DNA from: a virus | Taxonomy: Duplodnaviria; Caudoviricetes | Strand: one strand, 5' to 3' | DNA length: 64,000 nt | Virus record (IMG/VR): IMGVR_UViG_3300014641_000001 | Span: 32,001 to 96,000 of that record | Shown here: piece after piece, positions 39,981 to 48,572 of the stretch | Layout of the letters: each line of letters opens with the position of its first letter | Numbering within the stretch: the stretch's first letter is position 1 | Notes under the pieces: generated by a model | Seen by the model: only the letters and a program-made list of their open reading frames with translations | Told to the model about the DNA's origin: nothing | The model's database searches: none | Position numbers and translations under genes: made by a program

Positions 39981-40820
39981 TTATTCTCCATCACCAAACG
40001 CAAGCATTTCATCTTTAGCTCTAGTGAAGAAATTTCTATCAATCTCAAACCCATATGCCGATCTTCCCAGCTCATGAGCTGCCCTCAGTGTTGCCCCTGA
40101 ACCACAACACGGATCAATTACAACGTCTCCTGGATCAGTAAATGTTTCAATTAATTTTTTTAACACACCTACCGGCTTTTGTGCTGGATGAATTTTAGGA
40201 ATGTTCTTTCCATCTTTCTCCCATGTAAACCAATTGAAAACCATATGCCCTGTACCACGAATGTTCTTACCATTTTCGTCAATCTGTAATCCATTTCTGA
40301 ACTTAGGAAGTTTATTGCGGTAAAATAATAGTGCATATTCGGTTGCACCAACTACACGCATATTGGCTTTTAAAACCTGTGGACTGTAATTCTTAACAAA
40401 AACCAATGGTATGTAATTTACGAATCCATGTTTCTTAGCTGCATCAATCAATGTCTGAATCTGTTCAAAGGAGCAGAATACAATCATGCATGGGCTATCT
40501 GAACTTCTTCCTCTTGGAACTGGTCTAGTATCATCCTTTTTTAACATCTTGGAACAAAAGTGGAAGTATTCATAAAGGTTAAAATTGAAGTCTGAATTGA
40601 AAGCTGCCTTACCAGCAAGTTTACTTTCTCCATTTGAACTATCACCGTTCTTATACCACATAGGATTAGAACCGTAAAAATTATTTCCTACATTATATGG
40701 AACATCTGCAATGATTAACTGGGCAGGTCTGATTCCGTACTTTTTATAATTCTGCATCGAGTCACGATATATCTCACATTTAACTTTTCTTTTTGTATTC
40801 TCTCTAATATTGTTTTCCAT
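39981..40820 (-). CDS. N4/N6 DNA methyltransferase (beta class)
   Basis: IADVPY, HPAQKP, VIDPCCGSG. Confidence 0.88.
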   Translation of the reverse strand: MENNIRENTKRKVKCEIYRDSMQNYKKYGIRPAQLIIADVPYNVGNNFYGSNPMWYKNGDSSNGESKLAGKAAFNSDFNFNLYEYFHFCSKMLKKDDTRPVPRGRSSDSPCMIVFCSFEQIQTLIDAAKKHGFVNYIPLVFVKNYSPQVLKANMRVVGATEYALLFYRNKLPKFRNGLQIDENGKNIRGTGHMVFNWFTWEKDGKNIPKIHPAQKPVGVLKKLIETFTDPGDVVIDPCCGSGATLRAAHELGRSAYGFEIDRNFFTRAKDEMLAFGDGE

Positions 40821-40945
40821 TTATATTTTAGGGTACAGTACTGTTACCTCGCGAGAAACCACTACCCTTTCTTCTATTTTCACATGTTGCAATCATGTTC
40901 TTATTAGTTTAATTCTCTTTTTAATAGGATGAATCTTTAAATTCA

Positions 40946-41464
40946 TCAATAAATATTATTTTCGTAGATTTGTACTAACTTATAAAAAGTCGTTCTTTTC
41001 AATTTAAGATCGTCCATGAACTTCTTAGCAGTAATTCCATTTCTTTTCCACTCCGTAAAATACTTTTCCCATCCTTCCGGAAACTCGGCTGAAGGTCTTC
41101 CGGTTGCATTACCCGTTTTAATTGATACCTTTTTCCCATCGACTAATGGCATAGCGTCTATTCCTCGCCTTTGATTTCTTTTTTTATATCCTTCGTAATC
41201 AATAATAGGGCTTCCTTTTTGTATGTACTTTTCTTTAAGTTCTGTTTCAACGAGATATGCTTCCTTTTCAGATAAGTCAGAAACAAGAATTTCAGAGCAA
41301 ACGCTATGAGCATTGATTATTGCTCCAACATGATTACTCCTATTTTCGAAATTCTTATATCTGTCTCCACTTCCTTTTCCTATGTAAAAATAATCATTCC
41401 AATCATTATTGTAAAAAGCATAAACATAATACTTATTTTGATCCATAAATAAGGAGCTTTGCAA
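40946..41464 (-). CDS. GIY-YIG (LEM-3-like) nuclease domain + resolvase-type HTH
   Basis: YYVYA...FYIGKGSGDR; C-terminal GRP...LKRTTFYKLV. Confidence 0.7.
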   Translation of the reverse strand: MQSSLFMDQNKYYVYAFYNNDWNDYFYIGKGSGDRYKNFENRSNHVGAIINAHSVCSEILVSDLSEKEAYLVETELKEKYIQKGSPIIDYEGYKKRNQRRGIDAMPLVDGKKVSIKTGNATGRPSAEFPEGWEKYFTEWKRNGITAKKFMDDLKLKRTTFYKLVQIYENNIY

Positions 41465-41584
41465 AATTGTGTCATGACGCTCATCTCCTTTCTAATTTTA
41501 TGTATATTTATTAACCCAGTGTTCGCGATCACTAGATTCATAATTTACATTTCCGCATGAAAGCGGAGTTTCATTGCCAAATTG

Positions 41585-41631
41585 TTACTATATATAGTAT
41601 TGAATGGTATTAAAACCACTACATATAGTAG
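41585..41631. promoter_or_regulatory. Tandem NrdR boxes
   Basis: TTACTATATATAGTAT and CCACTACATATAGTAG, starts 31 bp apart. Confidence 0.7.
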
Positions 41632-41709
41632 TCACATTTTCTGTTCCTTTAACTATTTTTGAGATTTAAACTCTTGATTATTCGCACCAGAGTAATAACC
41701 GCAAAATTA

Positions 41710-42048
41710 TTATTCTTGTAAAAATAATGTTTTCAACTTACGGATTCTTCTGTCGAAACACCTTTCAAATTCTTCTTTAGAGATAAGCTCTAATTCAGAA
41801 ATAGAATTTGTTGCATAATTATCATGTTCAAAACTTTCTCCGTAACTTTCGCTGTTGAAAAAATACACTTCATTACAAACATATTCTCCATCACCAGCTT
41901 GATCCTTTTTAATAATCTGTCCAATAGCGTCACCAGATTTATAATACCTGCCCACCACATTGTCTTTCAGGTTTTCTAATTCATTCTCTTTCTCTTTTAA
42001 AACTTCTTGTAAATATTTTATATTGCTCTTAATTTCTGTTATCGTCAT
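41710..42048 (-). CDS. hypothetical protein
   Basis: Operonic ORF. Confidence 0.6.
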   Translation of the reverse strand: MTITEIKSNIKYLQEVLKEKENELENLKDNVVGRYYKSGDAIGQIIKKDQAGDGEYVCNEVYFFNSESYGESFEHDNYATNSISELELISKEEFERCFDRRIRKLKTLFLQE

Positions 42049-42247
42049 TCCTGTTAAAGCCCCCTTTTACTAGTTTAGAAACCAATGAACCAAAGAACCA
42101 ACCATATCCAGCACAACCGATTAAATACATTACGATAGCACCTGGTTCACATTTGCTGATCCCGTCAGTTCCAAGGCCAATTATTATAAATAAGAAAGAC
42201 GATAGAAATAACAATGCTAACAATGACGTTTTAATAATTCTCTTCAT
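42029..42247 (-). CDS. small 2-TM membrane protein
   Basis: SD AAAGGAG; two hydrophobic segments. Confidence 0.6.
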   Translation of the reverse strand: MKRIIKTSLLALLFLSSFLFIIIGLGTDGISKCEPGAIVMYLIGCAGYGWFFGSLVSKLVKGGFNRNDDNRN

Positions 42248-42273
42248 TTTTCTCCTTTCATGAAACACAGATT

Positions 42274-42936
42274 CTATTGTAAAATTTTAAAGTCTACAAG
42301 TATCACTTCATGCTCACCGATAATATGACTTTTTATGTCTTCTAGTGTATATGGATATTTATTTCCAATTACAATGATATCATCTGAAATTTGATCTATA
42401 TTTTCATGAGCGTCTGTTTCATAAACGCTTTTATGATAATCTCCATTCGCAATTATGGTTGACAAATAAGATTTCCCAGCCACACTGTCACCAATGAAAA
42501 CCCAGACTGGTCTTTTTTCTTTGTTTCTATTAATCTCTTTAAATAATTCCATGTTAACAGTAGCACTTCCACCTGGGTAATAATAATCTCCTCCGTTACT
42601 ATCTAATGAAAAGATGTTATTTTCTACATCATTAATTTCTTTTTCTCCTAAATCAATCAAGATATCCAAATCAAAATATAAATCAGAAATTGGAACGTGA
42701 GTCACTCCTGCAAAACTACTAACCTTTTTTATGTATCCGTGTCCGAATGAGGCAGCACACCAACCACTATAGCAATCTCCATATTCAGTCCATAACGTGA
42801 TCTCATATTTACTTCCTTCATATTTACCATGTTCCACACAGTTAAGTATGTATAAGACATTATCATCATAGTTATCTTCTCTGTCGTTATACGTAAGTTT
42901 TTTCTCTATCCTCATATACTTTACTTTTAAATTCAT
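42274..42936 (-). CDS. hypothetical protein with degenerate P-loop
   Basis: GDSVAGKS; SD AAGGAG. Confidence 0.65.
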   Translation of the reverse strand: MNLKVKYMRIEKKLTYNDREDNYDDNVLYILNCVEHGKYEGSKYEITLWTEYGDCYSGWCAASFGHGYIKKVSSFAGVTHVPISDLYFDLDILIDLGEKEINDVENNIFSLDSNGGDYYYPGGSATVNMELFKEINRNKEKRPVWVFIGDSVAGKSYLSTIIANGDYHKSVYETDAHENIDQISDDIIVIGNKYPYTLEDIKSHIIGEHEVILVDFKILQ

Positions 42937-43036
42937 AGCTTTCTCTCCTTTTCAATTTTTAGAAACATGAACAGCAGGATTCGAACCTACCGTCCACATG
43001 AAACTCGTATTTCCTTGCTGTTTACTAATTCTCCGT

Positions 43037-44968
43037 TTACTTACCGATTAATTGCAGAAATTCATCTTCAGTAATAATGGGAACGTTCAGTTCTTTTGCC
43101 TTTTTATTCTTTGATGAGCTGCTCAAACTGTCATTATTTATAAGATAACTTGTTTTGGCGCTCACAGATCCAGACACCTTACCACCCAGATTTTCAATAA
43201 GCTCTTTTAACTCTTCTCTATTAGTAAAGGTATTTAAGGAACCAGTAATCACAAATGTTTTTCCTGATAAATCAACGTTACCATTCTGACTACCATTCTT
43301 CTGCCTTTCAAATGTAAACTCATTAGCTAGTTCTCTAATCCATAAACAATTATGTCTAATAAAATTATTCATACTATCGTTCATAGTTGAACCAAAATCA
43401 TCTAACAATGACCAATTGTAATTATTGATCCACTTATCATAAAAATCCTCAAAGTCACCATTCAAATATTTTGATATGGTTTTACTTGCTGTTCTTCCGA
43501 TCAAAGGAATGGATAAAGAATAAATAAATCTATCAAGTGTCGTACTTCTGCTCTTTTCAATATTATTCATTAATGTTGATACAGATTTATTCCCCATGCC
43601 CTCTAATCGCTCAAGTTGTTCTCTGTATTGAAACAGCCAATAAATATCTACGAAGTTTTCCAACAGTCCTACGTTTATTAATTTTTCAAGCGTGGACTCA
43701 GACAGCCCTTCTATATTAATGGCATTTTTTGAACAGAAATGAATCAACCTTGATAATAACTTAGCCCGGCAGCCATTATTGCAACAATAGAGTGTTTTGC
43801 TACCATTTTCGTTATGGATTTCTACAGCTCCATCACAACACGGACATTTATCTGGAAGTTTCCATGTATTACTCTTTGTTTTATTTTCGTGAACTTTAGG
43901 AATGACCATATTTGCACGATACACCATAATGGAATCACCAATACCAAGTTCCAAATCTTCTATATAAGATACATTGTGCAAGGTAGCTCTTGTGGTAACA
44001 GCTCCGTCAAGGTCTACTGGATTAAAAATAGCAACGGGATTGATCAGGCCTGTTTTAGATGTGTTCCACTCAATATCTGTCAATGCCGTTTCATATAATT
44101 GGTCTTCCCATTTTAAAGCCAACATATTAAGTGGGTGATGAGATGTGGTTCCAAGTGATTTTCCATATGCTATATTATCGTAACGATAAATCAAACCATC
44201 AACCGGGAGCCTGAAGTTCTCTGGGTTGAACAATTTTGAGCAAACGTCCAAATCAAAAACCATACGATGTTCTACAACTGGCATTCCGAGATCAGAAGCG
44301 TAATCGTAATCCTCACTTAGATTTTTATAATCAGTTCCTTCAACAATATCAAACACGTAATATTCTAACTTTCGTTCAATAGCAATATTGGAATCTAATT
44401 GTCTTAGTGTCCCGGCTGCAAGATTTCGTGGGTGAGAATACGGTTCTTCTAATTCAGAATTAATTCTCTCAAAAGTATCCCATGGAATAACACATTCTCC
44501 ACGAAAAATAACATCTATGGATCTTCTTAGTCTGACTGGGAGGTTAACACAATGCTTGAATGTGTGAGTAACATCTTCTCCAATTGTACCGTTCCCCCTA
44601 GTGACCGCTTTATATAATTTGCCACTTCTATATTCTGCAACTACGGTCAGACCATCGAGTTTCCAAGATTGAATTACATCTCTTTCCCCAATAAATTTAC
44701 GAACAACGTCTAAATCCTTTGTCTTATTGGAAGAAAGCATTGGATATTTGTGTTCCACCTTTTCAAGGAAATCAACGACCTCTCCTTGAACGTTTTGTGT
44801 CGGAGATCCTGTTAATATGTAGTCAGTTTCGTTTTCGAGCGTCAACAGTTCGTCGTACAAATCATCATACTGTTTATCTGTCATAATGGGATTATCGTAT
44901 TTATAATAGGCGTTGGCTGCCTTGCCGAGTTCATCTACCAATTCTCTTATTCTATCTACCTTATTCAA
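43037..44968 (-). CDS. ligA: NAD-dependent DNA ligase
   Basis: KLDG adenylation motif, TRGNGTIGEDVT, Zn finger, HhH, BRCT. Confidence 0.97.
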   Translation of the reverse strand: MNKVDRIRELVDELGKAANAYYKYDNPIMTDKQYDDLYDELLTLENETDYILTGSPTQNVQGEVVDFLEKVEHKYPMLSSNKTKDLDVVRKFIGERDVIQSWKLDGLTVVAEYRSGKLYKAVTRGNGTIGEDVTHTFKHCVNLPVRLRRSIDVIFRGECVIPWDTFERINSELEEPYSHPRNLAAGTLRQLDSNIAIERKLEYYVFDIVEGTDYKNLSEDYDYASDLGMPVVEHRMVFDLDVCSKLFNPENFRLPVDGLIYRYDNIAYGKSLGTTSHHPLNMLALKWEDQLYETALTDIEWNTSKTGLINPVAIFNPVDLDGAVTTRATLHNVSYIEDLELGIGDSIMVYRANMVIPKVHENKTKSNTWKLPDKCPCCDGAVEIHNENGSKTLYCCNNGCRAKLLSRLIHFCSKNAINIEGLSESTLEKLINVGLLENFVDIYWLFQYREQLERLEGMGNKSVSTLMNNIEKSRSTTLDRFIYSLSIPLIGRTASKTISKYLNGDFEDFYDKWINNYNWSLLDDFGSTMNDSMNNFIRHNCLWIRELANEFTFERQKNGSQNGNVDLSGKTFVITGSLNTFTNREELKELIENLGGKVSGSVSAKTSYLINNDSLSSSSKNKKAKELNVPIITEDEFLQLIGK

Positions 44969-44985
44969 TCAAATCCTCCTTAGTT

Positions 44986-45162
44986 TCATAGGCAATTTCT
45001 AAATAGAAATCTTTCAATCTTATTCATTTTTCTGTAACCAGTAATTGTACCTAGTTCAATTCCCATATCATACATGTTCTTATCAAATAAGTTAGCATAT
45101 TTATGACCACCTTTTCTGTACAACACTTTTACATTAAATAAATACTCCTTTTTACTTTCCAT
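44986..45162 (-). CDS. hypothetical protein
   Basis: SD GGAGGTG before MESKK. Confidence 0.55.
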   Translation of the reverse strand: MESKKEYLFNVKVLYRKGGHKYANLFDKNMYDMGIELGTITGYRKMNKIERFLFRNCL

Positions 45163-45184
45163 TACACCTCCATAAAATACTCGT

Positions 45185-45565
45185 TTAGTTGGCATAGTTC
45201 ATCTCACAATCTTTAAATAAATTTAATTGCTGGTTTTTAGATACTAAATAATCGTAATCTATTTTATCGCAACTGTTCTGATATACTATTTCTCCGAAGA
45301 TACCCACAATCACACAGCCCACAAGTGAAACAAGTGGACTGATTCCCAACAACATTAAAATAATCCACAATGGAACGAACATTCCGCACATTGTCCAAAG
45401 TCCAAATATGCACATTCTATTTGCGCCGTAATAATGTTCTCTCGAAACCATTTTATCTAATTTGTTTAGTTTTACAGGAGTATATCCATTCCACTTCTTA
45501 TGATCATATAAAAGCTGCTGTAAATCTCTTTGTTCATAATCTCTAAGATTAAAAAATTCCGTAAT
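45185..45565 (-). CDS. membrane protein (probable ATT start)
   Basis: Frame open to ATT 45565 after GGAGGTG; two TM segments. Confidence 0.6.
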   Translation of the reverse strand: MTEFFNLRDYEQRDLQQLLYDHKKWNGYTPVKLNKLDKMVSREHYYGANRMCIFGLWTMCGMFVPLWIILMLLGISPLVSLVGCVIVGIFGEIVYQNSCDKIDYDYLVSKNQQLNLFKDCEMNYAN

Positions 45566-45608
45566 TTACACCTCCCTACCCTATTTTATTATCCTTTGAA
45601 CCACTGTT

Positions 45609-45923
45609 TTAAGCCCTATTATTCTCTTCGTAATATTCCATACATTTTTCTATGTAGTCCAAATGAGAATGATAAAAGTCATCAAAAATATTATTCTCTT
45701 TCTTTTCTCTATAAAAGCCTATTCTACGTTTTACTTCTTTGTACATCTCTGATTTCTGTGATGTTTTAGTTTGTTTCTGACTATATTCAAATGCCCTTAG
45801 TTCATCTTTGGACAACCACTTTACCCAGGCTCCGCAATCGTCACAGTATAAGCCGGTATTGCTACCTTTTACTTCAGTATGGAGCGATGTGCTACCACAC
45901 TTTTTACAACAATTTTGATACAT
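45609..45923 (-). CDS. Zn-ribbon protein
   Basis: CKKCG...YCDDCGAWVKW. Confidence 0.7.
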   Translation of the reverse strand: MYQNCCKKCGSTSLHTEVKGSNTGLYCDDCGAWVKWLSKDELRAFEYSQKQTKTSQKSEMYKEVKRRIGFYREKKENNIFDDFYHSHLDYIEKCMEYYEENNRA

Positions 45924-45936
45924 CTAATCCCTCCAT

Positions 45937-46182
45937 TCAATAATTATGTCTCTCATCATTATCTATTTCTCTATGTAAAGCGGCAACTCTTACATTTATT
46001 TTGCTCAGCTCCGAAACCATACGAAGATAATTTTCTCTGAAAAAGCAGTAGTTTTCGTAAACATTTTCTTCATTTACAAAATCCGGATTCTGAACAGTCG
46101 CTTTCAGATGATTAAGCATTACTGATGCCAAATTAATTCTATTAAATAGTTCCTCTGATTTATTTCTGTTTAAAGTTTTAAT
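45937..46182 (-). CDS. hypothetical protein (probable ATT start)
   Basis: Frame open to ATT 46182, 7 nt after GGAGG. Confidence 0.55.
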   Translation of the reverse strand: MKTLNRNKSEELFNRINLASVMLNHLKATVQNPDFVNEENVYENYCFFRENYLRMVSELSKINVRVAALHREIDNDERHNY

Positions 46183-46226
46183 GATAACACCTCCTAATTC
46201 TCCTTTGAAAAATATATTTTCTGTAA

Positions 46227-48572
46227 TTATGCTACCTTCTTATCTAACAATTCGGTTAAAAAGGTATTTTTATCGCTGATACCACTTTGCAGTACGGCTT
46301 TATATAAGGCTGCATTCTGTGCCACAATGGTGCATTCATCTTCTGCTCTTGTAACCATTGTGTATAGTAGTTCTTTGGTAAGCATATCCGGTGGAACTGA
46401 ACTATCTAACACACCAATAATACATTTTGCAGATGATCCTTGATATTTATGCGTCGTTGATGCGTATCCAAGAATCACACTTGAGCTTACTTCTGCGATT
46501 GTGAAATATACTTTATCATTTATAATGGGAAAGAAAATCTCAACCATGTTTGTATAGACATTAATTGTTTTGAGTATACCTACCCACCCATTGAACACTG
46601 GTGTCTTAATTCCTTCTATATTAAATAGCTTATAATTGTTCTTGATACACATTATCTTATCGCCCTCACGCAAGAAGAACTGTTTATCTTTGCTGAGTTG
46701 TACTTTTATCTCTTGTTTAAACGCTTCTGGTGGATTTAGATACTTTTGGATATCCTGATTCAAATTGAATACGCTTGAATTCCCTCTCTCTTTACAAGTT
46801 GCAAGAATCTGTATATCCATAATTTCTTTCTTTACAAGGCTACTGTTGTATTTCTCAATAAAATGCTTCACTACCATTTCCCTTGTTTCAGAACTCGTAT
46901 CTGTAATATCAAAATGCATATCTTGTAATTCACCCATTGTTTCAAATCCAACAAACTTCTTATCAAAGATAGGTTCGCCATTTCTTATTGATTGCGAAGC
47001 AGTGATAATACCGGATTTTTGTGCCTGTCTATGAATTTTTGTAAGTTCAATCGTTGTAATATAGTTGCTGTCGTAAATATCGTGAGCAAGATTCATACAT
47101 CCAATCGACTCTAGCTGTCCCATGTCCCCAAGAATTATCAATTTACAACCATCTGGAATTGCTTTAATCAATGATAAGAATATTTCTCCACCAACTAATG
47201 AAATCTCATCTAGTACAATGATGTCATATTCTAAAGGATTTTCTTCGTTAAAATTAAATCCGTTTGGTGGCTGAAATCCTAATAATCTGTGAATTGTGTA
47301 TCCTTCTTTGCCAGTTACCTCCTGTAATCTTGCGCTTGCTTTGCCCGCTAAAGCTGTCTGTGCAAAGGAGTATTTCTTTAGTGATTCCAATATTCCAGAC
47401 ACTAAAGACGATTTACCTGTACCTGCGCCACCAGTTATGAAGCATATCTGATTGTCTAGTCCTAATTTGATACCGTTTTTCTGCTCATCTGTGAACTTCC
47501 AGCCTTGCTTTTGCTCTTGTGCAGCAACTGTTTCCTCCCAATTGTTGTATTCAAAATCGTTTTTTGCTGAAGCGATCCGCTTTAAATGCTTGCAGATCTC
47601 ATTCTCTAAATCGTAATACTTCTTGAGATATACTTTTCTATTAGCCTTATTCTCTGAATCTTCAAGAACAATAATTTCTTTTTCTGTGAGTTCTTCAATG
47701 GCTTGACCAATATTATTGCCTGTTATATTTTCTTCTTCGTCTGTATATACTTCAAGAATATTTTCTTTACCACCAAACTCATCAAAGATATACCCTGTCA
47801 GTTCACCAGAAGTTATGTATGAATTACCGCTTTGGCCTAAATCATTAAGAATAAAATTAATATATCCCTTGATTCTTTCAGGCGATGTTTCATTAATTCC
47901 ACTCTTTAATGCGATAGCATCTGCTGTTTTAAACCCAATACCATCAATATCGAAGCTCAATTTATAAGGATTTGTCTTCACAATCTCGATAACAGTGTGA
48001 GGATTCTTATATTTCTTTATTAGTTTCTGTATGAATTTAGGTGTTAAACCATATTCATCAAGCTCCAAATATACTTCACAGTTGTCTTTGTTATCTTCAA
48101 ATCTATCGACAATGCAGTTTGCAATATAATCTCCAACTCCATTTACCTTTTTCAGGCTACTGATGTCATGATCTTCGATTACTTTTAGCGGATTCTCCAA
48201 CACTTTGAACATCTCTGAAATCTGTAAATCGGTAAGAAATGTTTTTAAAAATGCTTTTTGATTGGTTACAGTAGATAAATTGATTAACTGACCGATGAAC
48301 ATCAATTCATACTGCTTGCCTCGTTTCTCGTCTTCTACCTCTTTTGCTATAATCGTATAATCTTTGGTTGGATCAATTTCTTCTTCATATACACCCTTAA
48401 TAACCAATCCACCCCAATTATCAGTGGCCGGCTCCCCTTCAAGAACCAACATTGGATACCAACTTACTATTCCAAAAGTGTCTTCACCTTTGCCAAGTAT
48501 GGTCGGGTATTTAGGGAATAAGACACGATTTAATTTCCCTTCAATTTTAATAACGTTATTCGTCTTCTTCAC
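46227..48572 (-). CDS. recD2: RecD2-like SF1 helicase
   Basis: HhH region, TGGAGTGKS, LDEIS, GDMGQL, IHRQ, YASTTHKYQGS. Confidence 0.92.
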   Translation of the reverse strand: MKKTNNVIKIEGKLNRVLFPKYPTILGKGEDTFGIVSWYPMLVLEGEPATDNWGGLVIKGVYEEEIDPTKDYTIIAKEVEDEKRGKQYELMFIGQLINLSTVTNQKAFLKTFLTDLQISEMFKVLENPLKVIEDHDISSLKKVNGVGDYIANCIVDRFEDNKDNCEVYLELDEYGLTPKFIQKLIKKYKNPHTVIEIVKTNPYKLSFDIDGIGFKTADAIALKSGINETSPERIKGYINFILNDLGQSGNSYITSGELTGYIFDEFGGKENILEVYTDEEENITGNNIGQAIEELTEKEIIVLEDSENKANRKVYLKKYYDLENEICKHLKRIASAKNDFEYNNWEETVAAQEQKQGWKFTDEQKNGIKLGLDNQICFITGGAGTGKSSLVSGILESLKKYSFAQTALAGKASARLQEVTGKEGYTIHRLLGFQPPNGFNFNEENPLEYDIIVLDEISLVGGEIFLSLIKAIPDGCKLIILGDMGQLESIGCMNLAHDIYDSNYITTIELTKIHRQAQKSGIITASQSIRNGEPIFDKKFVGFETMGELQDMHFDITDTSSETREMVVKHFIEKYNSSLVKKEIMDIQILATCKERGNSSVFNLNQDIQKYLNPPEAFKQEIKVQLSKDKQFFLREGDKIMCIKNNYKLFNIEGIKTPVFNGWVGILKTINVYTNMVEIFFPIINDKVYFTIAEVSSSVILGYASTTHKYQGSSAKCIIGVLDSSVPPDMLTKELLYTMVTRAEDECTIVAQNAALYKAVLQSGISDKNTFLTELLDKKVA

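Larger units (their letters stand above)
30907..46221. repeat. Dispersed 16-bp palindrome T(G/A)AAA-N6-TTT(C/T)A at accessory gene junctions (cluster 1)
   Basis: Copies at 30907, 32492, 32997, 33939, 34783, 35388, 35875, 37198, 37392, 37671, 38243, 38858, 39146, 39958, 40930, 41558, 42261, 42999, 45596, 46206; some are degenerate. Confidence 0.85.

Noticed and set aside
39151-40820. Restriction-modification system
   Set aside because: No cognate restriction enzyme; orphan phage MTases are common and DIPY/DVPY variants alone are not remarkable.
42960-43015. Full tRNA gene
   Set aside because: Only a T-loop hairpin is present; no D or anticodon arm.
30907-46221. CRISPR array or integron attC interpretation of the dispersed repeats
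   Set aside because: Units are 16 bp and separated by whole genes; no cas genes, no attC-length hairpins and no IntI-type integrase seen.
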